A DNA stretch of 63,973 bases, filler included, from Folioceros fuciformis (Eukaryota), in assembly GCA_049999805.1 (NCBI GenBank). It is 8 parts of 8 records of this genome, joined end to end, with 100 filler letters (N's around TTAATTAATTAA, not from the genome) between each part and the next. Parts side by side here need not be neighbours in the genome. Positions count along the whole stretch, not along the records: positions 1 to 18,494 come from JBNGIO010002847.1; positions 18,595 to 31,836 come from JBNGIO010002852.1; 6 more parts are not named here. One strand, written 5' to 3'. The position numbers were made by a program, and so were the translations under genes. Shown here in pieces: positions 12,250 to 25,280 of this stretch; positions within the stretch are counted from its first letter, which is position 1, and each line of letters begins with the position of its first letter. The notes beneath the pieces are model-generated. The model saw only the letters and a program-made list of their open reading frames with translations, ran no database searches and was not told the DNA's origin.

Positions 12250-14150
12250 CCTCCAATGTGCACACGGTGAGGAGCAAAAGTGTTCCCGTTAGAATTTCGT
12301 ACACCATGGCTGAGAGGGTGGCTAATTTCCTGCAAGGGGAGGAGTCCAATGCTTTATTTCCGACTAAACTCGTGATACGAGATTTCTGGACAAGGCTACA
12401 CCAGCCATCCAACATGGTAACACCAACGAGCTTTGCAAAGTACTCTAAGTATGAATGTGCGTATGGCATAAAAGATAACAGGTTGAAAGGGGGTGAACTG
12501 CTGCTAGACAATTCTAACGGACCCAAGGCTGGCAAGGGGAGCAGGAAATCTATTGTGAAATCATGTGATTGTCAAAAACGAGGTTGCCAATTTTCCTTTT
12601 TTGTGAGCCGGTTGCTATCGTGGCGATTTGTTGTGTAGTTGCGCATACATTGGTGGTTTCATGTGGCTAGAGAAGACAACTTCTGTCATGGCATTTTGGA
12701 TCTTGGAGGGCCAACAAAATACCAGTTTGCCCCCACCCTTAGTGTGCGAAAAAGGGAATGGATAAAATACAAGCTACGTTGCAAGTTAAGTTCTCGTACC
12801 ATTTTGGCAGAACATGTGGCAAGTGTGCATACCAAGAAACTTGCAAACTCGACTTATCAACTAGAGCGGGATGATTTTATGTTGATGAAAGACATAAGAA
12901 ACATTGAAGAAAAGCTGCAAGCCACGACTTTTAGGTTACAGCCGAATCATGTAGATAGTGTTCGTATATGGACAGATTTGCTTAGTAATTTCGTCTTTTA
13001 CTCATCACTTGCAAGGTCTACCAACTTTGCTCTTGGAATTCAAACCCCATTCCAACACAACACTATGTTGAAATGGGGGCATAGGTCTATCATTGCCATG
13101 GATGCCACCTTTGGCATGAACAAGTGGAAAGTAAGTGTTATTGATGTTTTTGCATAGTGAATCCACGTTTTCCAATATATGGCCACTATGTCCATGCAAT
13201 TTCAATTATTCACCTATTTGGTGTTCGATGACCATGTGAACAAAATTCCTGCAGCGTGGGTGATTACAAACTCCGCCACAAGCCAAGATATTGCGAAATG
13301 GCTTGCCACCAAAAGCAAACCATGCAGACCAGCAATAATGTGTGGATGCTATTTGCTTTTCTAGTGGATGACTGCCAGTCTAAAATCAACACCATACAGT
13401 TCATATTCGGCTCCATCACCTTGGTTTTCTTGTGCTTGTAGCATGTACCACATACGTGGTTGGGGCAATTGCTCAAGAAAGTGAAGAATGCACAAGTATG
13501 GGGCGAAATGATGACACAGTTTAGCCACATTATGTACATTGACAAGCAAGGGTGCACAATGCTCGACACTGGGTACTTGTTGGAAGTGTTTCATGCAAGG
13601 TATGAGAGTTCGTAATCTATCTGCTTTTGTTCAATACTTTAAGGACCAATGGGGAGCTATCATGCGCATGTGGATTCGGGCTCCTCTCACTGTGCCTCAT
13701 GCTAGTCAAGATTGTAATAGTAGTATTGAGTCTTACCATTGACACTTCAAGATTAGATGTAGCATGACAAAACAAATGCTTGTTGGATGAAGGGTAGATT
13801 GGTTGATTTATACTCTTATTAAGGAAGTAGATGGTCACATTTGGTTTCAAGCACAATGTAAAACATATGATATAATTAGCAATTTCAAGCTAGAGACGAG
13901 GGTACGACATGCATTGACTTAGGCTGCTAGTATCAAAGATGAAAATGTCCGATTACCAACAAGTACGGGCACATCATCTTATGTTCGTAGTAAGAAAGGG
14001 GACAATCTTGGGTGTTGCCTCCATGACTAATCACGAGACGCTTTGAGGAGCAAAGTGTTGCCAAGGACAACCGTTAGTAGTTGGTAGTTTTGTACAGAGT
14101 ACTCAATTTGCAAATGCACGTGTTTTATTAAAGAAATTTTATGTAAGCCA
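12250..14150 (+). mobile_element. Degenerate MULE-type transposase (SWIM-associated) pseudogene
   Basis: Fragments IAMDATFGMNK, QLFTYLVFDDHVNKIPAAWVIT, FLVDD...VFLCL*HV and IESYH, plus a CKCTCF...CK remnant near 14110. Many stops and frameshifts. Confidence 0.75.
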
Positions 14151-14180
14151 CCAAAGTGGTCATTGCTCATCCCTCAAGTG

Positions 14181-14518
14181 TGTAGGGTTATTAAAGCCCA
14201 ATGTGCTTAGACTAATGTGATTAGTCTAATTAAACTATTGTGATTAGTTTAACTAGACTAATGTAATTAGTCTAAGATTAGTGTCTAATTAAGTATCATT
14301 AGTTTAGATTAGCTTAAGCTATTCTTTAGGAAGCTTCCTGCATAGCTTCTTGTGAGCTTCTTGTGAAGCTTCCTTGGGAGCTTTTCTAGAGGGTATAAAT
14401 ACCCTCTTGAGCTCCCTTTGCAATAGAGCTGTGAGAGACACTGTGAGACCTCTCTTTCTCCTCTCCTCCTTGCCTCCTCCTCTCCTCCCTTCACCATGTA
14501 GCTCCTAGCGATCCTTCA
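14181..14518. mobile_element. Solo LTR with 5-bp target-site duplication
   Basis: Starts TGTAGG and ends CCTTCA. Flanked on both sides by AAGTG (14176-14180, 14519-14523). Internal TATA box sits in a palindrome, agagggtataaataccctct. Confidence 0.8.
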
Positions 14519-14743
14519 AAGTGCATGATACCATGGATTGCTCACCACAAACAAGTGCAATGTTGATAATAGTTGCCCATGCATGAACTTTGAGAAACAT
14601 AGTTGTTAGAAACAATGTTGCTCAGTTTAGACACCGGCCATAGCCGTGACTTGAAGCATACAAGCATGCAAAAATGAAACAATCTTGCTCAGTTTAGACA
14701 AAGGCCATAGCTGAGACTGAGGCATACAAGTAGGCAAAAAATT

Positions 14744-17276
14744 TAATGAAGTGATAGTCCAAGACTACAGCTCAATCGTCACCAACAGCCCTACATCCAA
14801 GAGGCATCAAACACACACACAAACTGACACACCTCCTCACATAACACTCTACATAGACACATGAACTAACATAAACATTCAACGTTGTTATCAATTCTTA
14901 CACACTGAATGTTAATAAGAATACATATCTAGAATTTTTCCATGGTATCAGAGCCAAGGTAACCATGCACTGTGATAGAAAGCTTCGTTGTGTTACATTG
15001 GCGTGCTCGAAACCCCTGGTGGTTGGAAGCCATGGGTCGAAATAAGGGAAGCTGCATCCCAAGGCACCGCTGTATGAGGAATACAGCCCCCTGCTCCCCA
15101 ACTTCCTGTAGGGGCTACCACCTACAACCACTAAAGATGCTAGTGCGAACATCAAATAGTACAACGCCTACTAGGTGATCTTATAGGCACTGTATATAGA
15201 GAACTGAATGAACTAAGATGCGAACTAGACGCTTCGCAAGCCAAACCCACCAATTCCTTACATACAATCCCGCAAGAACCCCGCAAGATCACGTTGAAGT
15301 CCAAGGCCTACGTGAAATCCTTACATCATGTTAGCAGATGGTGGAGGAGCTGCTCAACCCAACCCTACATTCCTCAATAGCTTCCCCATCGAAATACAGG
15401 AAAGAGACAGGTTCACTGGTACTGACTACGATGTGTGGTCTACTAGGATGAGAGGGCACCTTGAAGATGCTGATTTCTGGGCCATAGTTGATGGATCGCT
15501 CCCGTGACCTACGTCCACAGGTATAGACCTTGATCAATGGAATAAATCCGACGGGAAAGACAGAAACCTTCTAATTGCAAGACTGGATAAAGACATGGTG
15601 CACCACACTTTTGGTGCACCCACATCCCACACTATCAGGGAGCGCTTCCGTCAAATGTATGAAGCAACCGACCCGCAGCACGTTGCTACAACAACAAGGA
15701 ACTTTCACCTCCTTAAATATAAGGATGGGGATAGTATCCATACACATCCGAGCACCTTCCGAACCCTAAGAGCAAGACTAGCTTCCTGTGGCACACATCT
15801 CTCAGAGCCTGAGGCGGCCATAGCCCTCCTCATGACCCTACCACAAAGTTGGCTTACCTTTACAACCACACAAAATGGCCTCATCAAGTAGTCACAACAA
15901 GCAAAGAAACTAAATCTTGGAGACGAGATGACCCTCTCAAAGGTCATAGCGGCTGTTATTGATGAGGACTTTGTCAGGGGATCCTCTAGAAGTGCTGACC
16001 ATGGACATGCCTTGTTCACCACAAGGCCTAACGTACAAAGACATACAAAAAATAGAAACTGGCAAAACAACAAGAGAGGAGAAAGCTCTGCCAATCCCCA
16101 TCAAAAAGGGAGCTACAATTGGTGCAAAAAATTAGGGCACTGTAAGCAAGAGTGCCGAAGTAAACAAGCAGGTGAACCAAGAAGGCATGGTCCCCAAAGC
16201 GCTCATGTTGTACAAAGAGCATCAACAATCCTTATCTTTGCTCTCTCACCCTGCAATGACAGCTGCTCCTCATGGTATTTAGATAGCAATGCCTCCTCTC
16301 ACATCTGTAACGACCGTAGCTGAAGTTGAAAAGGAGGACGTGGCCAAGGTGCCCTATCTTTGTGTTGTTGGCATTCTCATTACTTGCACAATTGGACACG
16401 CTATGACATTTCCTATGCTGCATCTAGTGTAGCACAGTTCATGTCTAATCCAAGAAGGGCACAATGGATGTGAGTGAAGCGAATCTACCATTATCTGAAG
16501 GGTACGACTCACCTTGGCATTACCGATAAGAGGTCAAGTAATGGAGTGCTTGACTTCGAAGGCTGGTCTGATGCTGACTAGGCATTTGACCCCAATGCTC
16601 GATGAAGTATGGCGGCCTATGTCTCACTTTGGGATGATCAGCCGTATCATGGTCAAGCAAGAAGCTTGCCACGATTTCCACAACAAGCGCTGAAAGTGAA
16701 TATGGAGCCTTATCTAATGCTGGAAAAGAAATCATACATTGCAGGCAGACTCTCGAAGACCTCGACTACATACAAGCTAATCCTACTGCCCTGCACTATG
16801 ACAGCACTGTAGCCATTGCCTTAACCAAGGGTGACAGATTCCACGCTAGGACAAAACATATAGAAGTTGATTACCACTTTGTCAGGCAACTTGTAGCTAG
16901 AGGCACTGTCAAGCTTCTATATGTTCCTACGGAGTCCAATCTAGCTGACCTCCTTACTAAGTTGCTAGGCAAAGCCAGGCATGAAACACTCACCTTAACC
17001 TTAAGTCTAGTGAACCTCAGGACCCCATCAAGTCCCACATCTAGTACAAGCATGGATGCTAGAGTTCAGTGGGAGTAATGAAGTGATAGTCCAAGACCAC
17101 AGCTCAACCATCACCAACGATCCTACATCCAAGAGGCATCAAACAAGCACACCAACCGACGCACCTCCTCACATAGCATTGTGCACAGACACATGAACTA
17201 ACATGAACACTCAACATTGTAATCAATTCTTACACACATTGAATGTTAATAAGAATACATATATGGAATTTTTCCA
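14744..17276 (+). mobile_element. Internally deleted, degenerate Ty1/Copia LTR retrotransposon
   Basis: Diverged ~200-bp direct repeats (14744-14942, ~17077-17276). PBS TGGTATCAGAGC (tRNA-iMet) at 14943. Gag and zinc-knuckle remnants, then protease WYLDSNASSHIC, then a jump to RNase H remnants (ARTKHIEVDYHFVR). Purine tract before the 3' LTR. Confidence 0.9.
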
Positions 17277-17372
17277 AACGTGAGAGCACACAAAGGCGAA
17301 AACGTGAGCACACACAAAGCTGAAAACCTGAGTGCACACAAAGCTGAAAACCTGACTGCACACAAAGCTGTA
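17277..17372. repeat. 21-bp tandem repeat (about 4.5 units)
   Basis: Unit approx. gaaaacctgagtgcacacaaagct. Confidence 0.8.
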
Positions 17373-17640
17373 CTGCATGCACAAGATTGGACACAAAGTC
17401 GAACTCCCTCTCGCAAGTCACTCGTAACTTCAACTGAAACTAGTAACTGCGAATTTGAAATGCTCTGCCTATGTACGCACAAAAACAGGGAAAGAGAGCT
17501 GAGAGAAGGTAGGGGAGTGGAAACAAGGAAGGAAAAGATGAGGGCAATCCTCCAATCTTTTCGCTTCCACTTTTTTCGCGAAGAAAAGAGTTCTGATTAA
17601 TATTGTCCTCCTCTTACAATACTAAGGGGACCCTTGCCTG

Positions 17641-17764
17641 TGTATTTACATAACATGAGTACCATGTAAGGGAGAAAAAACTGTATTTACATAACATGAG
17701 TACCATGTAAGGGAGAAAAAACTGTATTTACATAACATGAGTACCATGTAAGGGAGAAAAAACT
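17641..17764. repeat. 41-bp tandem repeat x3
   Basis: tgtatttacataacatgagtaccatgtaagggagaaaaaac x3, lying next to the 3' end of the LINE remnant. Confidence 0.9.
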
Positions 17765-17879
17765 AACCTCGTGCCCAACACTCTGGATAGGACGCGAACA
17801 ACGCTCCCCATCACCCTGATAATGGCAGACTGCTAAGAACCACTAGACCTATGCCTCACCTTCATCCGAGCACCAGTGG

Positions 17880-18494
17880 GATTCACCTTCCCCAAGGGCA
17901 GGTGTGATTCCACTAGTCGTCGCTCCCAGTAGCTAGGAAACTGGCCAACCTCCAATCACTCTGCTTGAACTATTTCTGATGAGCCTGCTTTAAACTTTCT
18001 ACCGCAATAAGCAAATGCTCCCAAATGCGCCACAATAGAGCCTTAGACGAAGCTGGCTCATTACCACCATAGACCATGGCAGTCCAGTTGACCCAAAGAT
18101 GAAAAAGGCACGAGGACCATAGTAAACCCCACCATTGCGACTGAAGTAGCGTTTTGCCTGAGGTTGCATCCAGCCCAAATAGAGCAGTTTGCTTCGTGAT
18201 TCTGAGGTTGGAGTCAAAGAGGATCCTCTGCAACCACCTACCCACCTCGCTCCAAATCTCTTGGGCAAAACCACAATGGAAGAACATGTGTTAGCTTTTG
18301 TTTGGGGTGCTTCCACTTGTGTGGAGAAGCCCTTTGATCTTCAGCTGCAAGTCCGTGTTCCCAAATGTCCCACAATAAAACCTTAGTAATCATTAAGTCA
18401 GTCCCTCCATAAACAATTGGAGACCAATTAAACCAAAGGTAGAAGAGGCAAGAGGACCAAAGTTTAGACTCTAAAGCAAATGTTTCCCCAAGGC
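17880..18494 (-). mobile_element. LINE (non-LTR retrotransposon) 3' remnant, zf-RVT region
   Basis: HMFFHCGFAQEIWSEVGRWL...LWSSCLFHLW resembles the C-terminal zinc-binding region of plant L1 ORF2. Confidence 0.65.
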
Positions 18495-18594
18495 NNNNNN
18501 NNNNNNNNNNNNNNNNNNNNNNNNNNNNNNNNNNNNNNTTAATTAATTAANNNNNNNNNNNNNNNNNNNNNNNNNNNNNNNNNNNNNNNNNNNN
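18495..18594. other. Artificial contig spacer N44-TTAATTAATTAA-N44 (also at 31837-31936, 47860-47959, 56306-56405, 57617-57716, 60972-61071, 62863-62962)
   Basis: Identical 100-bp N-padded linker carrying stop codons in all six frames, present seven times. Confidence 0.97.
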
Positions 18595-19159
18595 ACCGTT
18601 GTAGCCACCAATTTAATTGTTTGAAGGTTGTCGAGGGCGGGGGCGGGGGCGGGGGCGGGGGCGGGGCGGAAGTTTCCTGGTTCCAGCAATCCAACTGGAG
18701 GGGATTCGTGCCCAATTGGCCAGGACTTGAAACCATAGTATGCTGTTGTTACTGATTGTCAATTACATATGGTTCACAGACTGAGCTGTGTTCCAGATTC
18801 AAGAATGGACAAAGATGGAGACGGAACGGGAACGCTTGTCGATTGGGCTGCACTTTGGTGACAAGAATCCGTAGAAAATTGTATAGAATCCGTGTCTGCT
18901 CGAGGAACTGTGAATTGAGAGCTCCTTCACTATGGAAGGGACACTTCTAGTTAATGAGGTGATTTTCAATGCACCCGTCATGTCTGGCAACAATATCGCC
19001 TTCAAGCTGAAAATGCGTCTTTCCCGGAGGAAGAATCGACCTGCACGTCGTAGAGCCAGAGCATTGCCTTCCTGCATGATGGATCGAACAGCAGTTGGCA
19101 TAGGCAGAGCATTGCCCACGCAATAGCGTCAAAGTCGCTCCCGAGTAGAACACTTTTCC

Positions 19160-19715
19160 CACATGACGGTGATGTTGTGGTCGTGAAGTAAGCGGCAACT
19201 TGAAAGAAGGCCGTTGTCCACGCACCAGGAATGCTTGATTCTTGAATCTTATGTGCACGACCGCAATGTTGTGACCTTGAAGGCTCCAGGAATGCTTGAT
19301 TCTCCTGTGCATGGTCGGAATATTTTCATCTTGAAGCTTATGGCAACTTGAAAGGAAGGCTGCTGTTCCTCAAGAATGCTTGATTCTCCCGTGCATGACC
19401 GCCATGTTGTCATCTTTACAGTGGCTACTTGAAGGAAAGCTCTTTGTCAGGCACCAGGCTACGAATGCTTGATTCTCATAGTGCATGACCAGCATGTTGT
19501 CTTCGTTTTCCCTGCGGCAACTTGAAGGAAGGCTGCTCCTTGGGCACCGGGAATGCTTGATTCACGTGCATGGCCGCAATGCTGTCATCTTGACTGCGCG
19601 CGGTGACGTGAAGGCTGCTCCTCAGGCACCAGGAAAGCGCGCACAATTCGTGTGCATGGCCGCAAAGTTGCATCTTCACTGCGACAACTCGAAGGAAGCT
19701 GCTCCTCAAGCTCCA
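19160..19715. repeat. Degenerate tandem array of about 7 units of ~55-95 bp with a conserved GAATGCTTGATTC core
   Basis: Recurring blocks GTGCATG.CC, atgttgtcatctt, gcaacttgaaggaaggctgct and gcaccaggaatgcttgattc. Confidence 0.8.
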
Positions 19716-21184
19716 CATCTGGAGCAGTGGCATCATGAATCTACGGCTCCCACATTCCCTCCTCACAATACGACCGATCTCCGTTCCTCCTCGTCCACCA
19801 AGCCGGCAACCAGGAAGATATGGTCGTCGCTGCAACGAGCTTCTGCTTCCTTAGAGGAGGACGAGAAAACGTCGTCGCACCCTGGCCTAAGCACATCCTC
19901 CCCGTGCGAATGCGTCAGCTTCTTTCCAGGAGTGCAGAGCGAGACGGGCTCAAAAGCTCGTCCCGGTAGCCGCACCTGGCATCCACCTCTGCCGCTGTGA
20001 GCACCGTTCAACAGGCGATGAATTGCGCATCCGCAGTGCTTGTGGTAAGGATGCTGTGAGGCAGAGTTGGAAACGCATGCACTGATGAAAGAATTCATTC
20101 CTCCAGCAGTGGCCGCCATCTCGCTTGTTCTTCTTCTTCGTTTTCTTCAGAGAAAGGAGCAGGGAAACCGGCAAACAGGCACGAAACCAGGTTTCCTCGA
20201 CAGGCAAGGTTCGTCCAAGCAACTGCAGATTCTGGCAATCAAGGCAGCAACCACTATGTACTGGAACGCGGACTCTACATCTTGCTTCTTCACACTCACA
20301 GTCTTACACGATGAACGGACTCAAGCAAGACGTGCCTTGTCTGTCGATTGTTCACTCGACAGGAATTGGACTCGAATCGATCAAGCGAGTAAGACCTTGC
20401 TGGCTCCCAGATGCGTGAGAGCAGGGGGCGAGGAAGGGAAAGCAGGGAATCAGGGAGCTGCTCCGAGGTGCTGGGACCACTCGACCCCTGTGGCAAAGTG
20501 CTGGAACGCGGCCCCCACCTTATAAGCCACGCGCGTGGTCGCGGCTGTCCGGATCTGGCGAGGCTGGCAACCAAGCGGACGCCAGTGGGTGTGGAGTTGG
20601 CGTTGTTGGTGAGGTCCCAGGCAGGTACGAGTCAAACACGTCAGGACCGTCTCCACCGTCGGGTGGCGGGGGGCGGAAGGGGCCGTGCGAATGGACGGAA
20701 CCGGTTTGTTGCATGGGACCACTGCTTCGTCTTTACTGGCACTCTCACCAGCGGCTGCATGCGCAGCACACAACGGAGATCGGAAGCCCCTTGTTTGCTG
20801 CTTCCCACACCTGTGCAACAACCTCGGGTCGTTCCTTGTACTGCCTTGGCCCCCTCGATTTCGTCTGTCGGATTCGGAGCTGACCTTACATTGGAACTTA
20901 CTGTCCTTTGTCCACTTGCGACACTCCGTCTCCACATGGGCTTGAGTCCAACTTCTGAGGAGGCGGAATGTGCGGAGTGGTCATTTTGGAAAGTTTTTGG
21001 CCCTTGGCCGTTGTGCACATCTGAGACATTTGGATCTGGGATTCCTGGCAGTGGGAAGGCGTTCAACAGACGTGCCTCCGAGAAAGCAGGCACGTTGCCA
21101 TGGGCGTTGCGGCAAGGCAGGAAATGAATCTTGTTGCTCCTGCTGCTGTTGGGTTGCTCCTTTCCTGCTGCGGTGAGCCTGGGC

Positions 21185-23993
21185 ATGAGGCATTTCTCGG
21201 CCTCTGGCGGGGCTGGTGGGCACAGGAAGAACGGCAAGGCTCAGGGAGGGGCAGGGGATGGGCACGCGCGGCCCGGATGTGCTACGGCTGGGGCATTTTC
21301 TCCTGACCTAATTGCGAGCACCGGGGGGAAGCAGCAGCATTCCAATGCTCTCTCTGGGTCCTCCGGCCTGCCATCCTCCTCCAAGTGCAGCTCGCAGCGG
21401 GGCGGAAGGCTGCGATCTGGGCTGCATGCGGAAGATGCGGCGGTGGAGGTGGTTGCTGCGGCTGGTGCCGAGCGGGGGGAAGGAGGTAGCGGTGATGACC
21501 TCATCGCAAGGACGTTGGATCTCTTTGCCAGGGCGGACGGCCCTTTGAGGCTCGAGCAGGAGATGGCGCGGCGGAGTAGGGAAGAGGAGAAGTTTGTGTA
21601 CCCTTGGGTGGTGGTTGTTGTCAACCTCGATGTGGAGAGATGGCAGCTGAGCGCGGAGTTGTGGCAGGCCAAGCTCAAGAGGCTGTTATATGTCTTCAAC
21701 CCAAAGGAAGTAAAATTTTTCCAGGCTTCCGAGCCTCAGTCTGTTAGCGGGGTGGCGGCGATTATGTTCGAAAGGGATTTGGAGGCCTTCTGTGATGCGG
21801 ACGCTTTGGAGATGAGGTTTCAACAGTCGGGGCGTGGGAGGAAGGAGTGGGAAAAAATTAGACATTCTGCGCATTGTAACCCTTGCAAAGACTTGTATGG
21901 ATGGGTGGCGCGTCGGGAAGATTACTATGCGGACAGTCCTGTTGGGAAGTTTCTCTTCGACTACGGGGAGCTCAAGACTGTGGCTGTCGTTGGTGATGAG
22001 AAGATGAAGAAGTACAGTCAGAGGTTCCAGCATACAGTGGACACAACTGCGGAAAAGTGGAAGTACCAATTGCAGTGCCTGGAGAACGAACTGGTAGCCA
22101 AGAACAAGGAGCTACAGGCTCTGGACAGGAGGGTAGAGGGTCTCGAGAATGCCTTGCTTGTGACCGAGAAGATTCGAAAGAGACTGGAAGAGGAGCAAGT
22201 GCACGTTGCAGAAGTGCACAAATCTGGTATGATTGCGCGAATTTGCAAGCATCCATCCATCCGCCATCCCTTGCTGAGTCAGATCCTCATCTGAGAGAGG
22301 GCCTACTGTTCGGGGAAACAGAATTGGAAAGTGTGAACTTGGATATGAAGAAGATTCAGGATGAGTGTAGTCATACTAAGTTGGAGAAGGCGAACCTGTT
22401 GAAAGGCTTCGAAGTTGAACTCGAAGCGGAGCGGAAGAAGAACGAAAGTGCAAGAAGAGAGGTATGTAGAATGACCAGAGCCGGGTGCACAAGTGGTCAG
22501 AACAGGAGCTCTCTAGTATAAAAGCATTTTGAATTTTAGGTTCTGATACATATATCTCCTCGGAACAGATGCAGAGGCGTATGCACATGCTTTCGGAGTC
22601 TCACAAAAAGACGTACTCCGATCTCATCCGTAAGCATGAGGTAAGCTGGGTCTGCTCATTCCAAGTCGGGCTACCTTTACCACGACAGGGAGTTGACCGA
22701 CTTCCTGCAATTCAAGGCTGTGGTTCCCGTAGGATATGGCAAATTTTGACGCCGATTGTGTGCAGAGGGACCTGAAGGGACTACAGGAGTCCCACAAGAA
22801 GAAAATGTGGGAGGCGACCCAGCACAAGGTTGAGCTCGAGAAGCTACGTGCGCTGGTGAAGAAACAGAAGGTGAGTTGGTGTACATCCGTGTACATCATC
22901 ACCTCTTGCACCTATGGGCGCGAATCTAGGTCTCGAGTTCATTCCTGGCAGTACTCCTCGTAAGATTGTCTGCATGTCAGGAGCTTCTTGAGTTTTTTGG
23001 GTGTAGAGCGAATTATCGCCAGAACCTTGTCTTCATGAAACCTCTATCCGCGATCCCTCTCCAGATTGGTGGAGAAAAGGATCTCCGATCTGAGCATTCA
23101 CAAGGAAAGGATTCCTACAAATCTTCTCCGGACAAACAAATTTCGGAGAGTACTGCCACAGTGAAAAGAGAGGTGAATGAATGCCAGCCCGTGGACCTGG
23201 TTTTCCTACAAGACAGGCTGAAAGAGGGTACAGATGAGAAGGAGGGCTTGCACGTGATGGTGAACTCCTTACTTCGCAAAGAACGGGAAATGAGTGAGGA
23301 GCTTGAGCAAAGTAGGAGGGTGGCCGTGGAGGTAGTGCCTTGTGACTCGTTACAGCCGTATCCTTTGGAAACCTCGTTGGTACCCGCTCCTCCTCCCTGA
23401 GTCTGATGTGCTCATCTGGCATTGGCAGATACTCGAAAAGCATGGTTCCAGGGAGAGAATTGGAGTGAAACGGATGGGAGAGCTGGACAGTGCCCCTTGG
23501 AAAGTTGCCTGTAAAAGGAAGTACAAGGACGGCTGGGAATCCCACTTCTTGCGGATTTCTACTGAATGGGAGCAACTGGTACGGAGCTCCGATTGGCGGC
23601 CTTTTAAAGTAAACCCTGTGGGAGACGAGGACGAATGGAAGGTGCCAGATCGTCCCTAGTCTGACAATTCATCCCATCGGCTTATGGCATGGTCTAGATT
23701 TCAGCTTCATTACTGTGATTTCGCTAAAATGGCAGGAGGTTCTTGACCAGGATGACAAGAGGCTGCTCTTGCTCAGGCAAGAGCTGGGAAAAGCTGTGTG
23801 CAAAACTGTAACAAATGCTCTCAGCGAGCTAGAGGAATTTAACGCCACTGGAAGACATCCCGTTCCTGTTGCTTTCAATTTTGAACAGTACAGGAAGGCA
23901 AGCTTGAAGGAGGTTCTCCAGTACCTGGAAGAGATCATCGAGAATGGGAAGATAGCCAAAAGACGGAAGAGACACCGGCAAGATATCGGCTGA
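21185..23993 (+). CDS. XS-coiled coil-XH domain protein (IDN2/FDM-like RdDM factor), about 7 exons
   Basis: XS domain (KFVYPWVVVVVN...LYGWVARREDY...VGKFLFDYGELKT), then a coiled coil, then an XH domain (IGVKRMGELD...WRPFKV...ALSELEEFNATGRHPVP...KASLKEVL). GT-AG introns are visible. Start codon uncertain. Confidence 0.9.
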
Positions 23994-24789
23994 TTTGATT
24001 ACGTACAAGTTGGTAACTTTGAACTCGAGAACTGGCATATTGAACATGGAAGCTTTTTTTTGTTTTTGAATCTTTCACTGTCCATCGTATTTCATTTGTA
24101 TCGTAGGAGTATTTCATTTGGGTAGAATAACGAATATGCAGATATCATAATAGTTCGCATACGTCCAGGGAGAGCAGCGGGGCACCCAGCTTCCGAATAT
24201 GCTCCTGCATGAACTCCCCGTCCTCCATCTCTCCTTGCCACTCGCTCCTCCTCTCCTCCGCCATCGCCACTTCTCTTCTTTCCTTCACTTTCACATCGCA
24301 CCACACCAGCAAGGACCCAAAACTCCCATCACATTGGAGCACCGGAGCATGTACTGGACGTATGAACATGAATCATAACAAATATGAGCACGCATTCCTA
24401 GCTTAAACACCAACAATTGTGCCTAATGTCATGACTCTAATGAACAAATATGCTTATTTTTTAATCAACTACTTAATCATGATTTCCTTTGGATATAGAT
24501 AAACCTTAAAACCCTCATAATTACAACATAGTCCTTCTATTTCTTCATTATTTTCCTCACATGCCGTCATGTTTTATGACTACCTCCCATATCAAATCAT
24601 GCATGCATGTGAACATGTATACCCATGCAATCATGCGTACATCTGCATCAATGCAAGTGCATGTATGTTTATGTAGCCATGCATACCCTAGCAACTGTGT
24701 TCGTACACCATGCAAATGTTACCATACATGCATGCCATGCATGTCACAAGCATGCCTTTCCACACTTTATGCATACTATGATAAAGACA

Positions 24790-24980
24790 AGTCCATTTTC
24801 CTATGAGTTTAGGGTTTAACAGCAAAGAATAAAGTTGTCTATTTTCCTATGAGTTTAGGGTTTAACAGCAAAGAATAAAGTTGTCCATTTTCCTATGAGT
24901 TTAGGGTTTAACAACAAAAAATAAAGTTGTCCATTTTCCATTGAGTTTAGGGTTTAATAGAAAAAGGGAATAAAGTTGTG
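24790..24980. repeat. ~46-bp tandem repeat x4 containing TTTAGGG
   Basis: ccattttcctatgagtttagggtttaacagcaaagaataaagttgt repeated. Confidence 0.85.
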
Positions 24981-25129
24981 TCCAAGGGATGTACTTGTTG
25001 TTTGTCAATGCACTCCTATCTACCAGCCAATCCAAGGAGTTGAGGACAACATGTTCGTAGGCTAAGACCCATGTGAGGTCTATTACAACCATGTCTACAA
25101 TCCAAACTAGTTCTCCTTGTTTTCCTTGA

Positions 25130-25280
25130 TGAGGAAAAGGTGAGCTTTACAAGAAACGTAGCCTTCCTTCTTAGCCAAAGAAGAGGAAAAGGTGAGCTCT
25201 ACAAGAAACGTAGCCTTCCTTCTTAGCCAAAGAAGAGGAAAAGGTGAGCTCTACAAGAAACGTAGCCTGCCTTCTTGGCC
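25130..25280. repeat. 52-bp tandem repeat x3
   Basis: gaggaaaaggtgagctctacaagaaacgtagccttccttcttagccaaagaa repeated. Confidence 0.85.

Noticed and set aside
18495-18594. Recurrent TTAATTAATTAA motif between N runs
   Set aside because: Artificial six-frame-stop contig linker, not biological.
18632-18670. (GGGGGC)n G-quadruplex-capable tract
   Set aside because: Short and at a contig edge, with no context to interpret it.
19160-19715. CRISPR-like array (repeated 13-bp core with variable intervening sequence)
   Set aside because: The intervening sequences are homologous to each other, there are no cas genes, and the context is eukaryotic.
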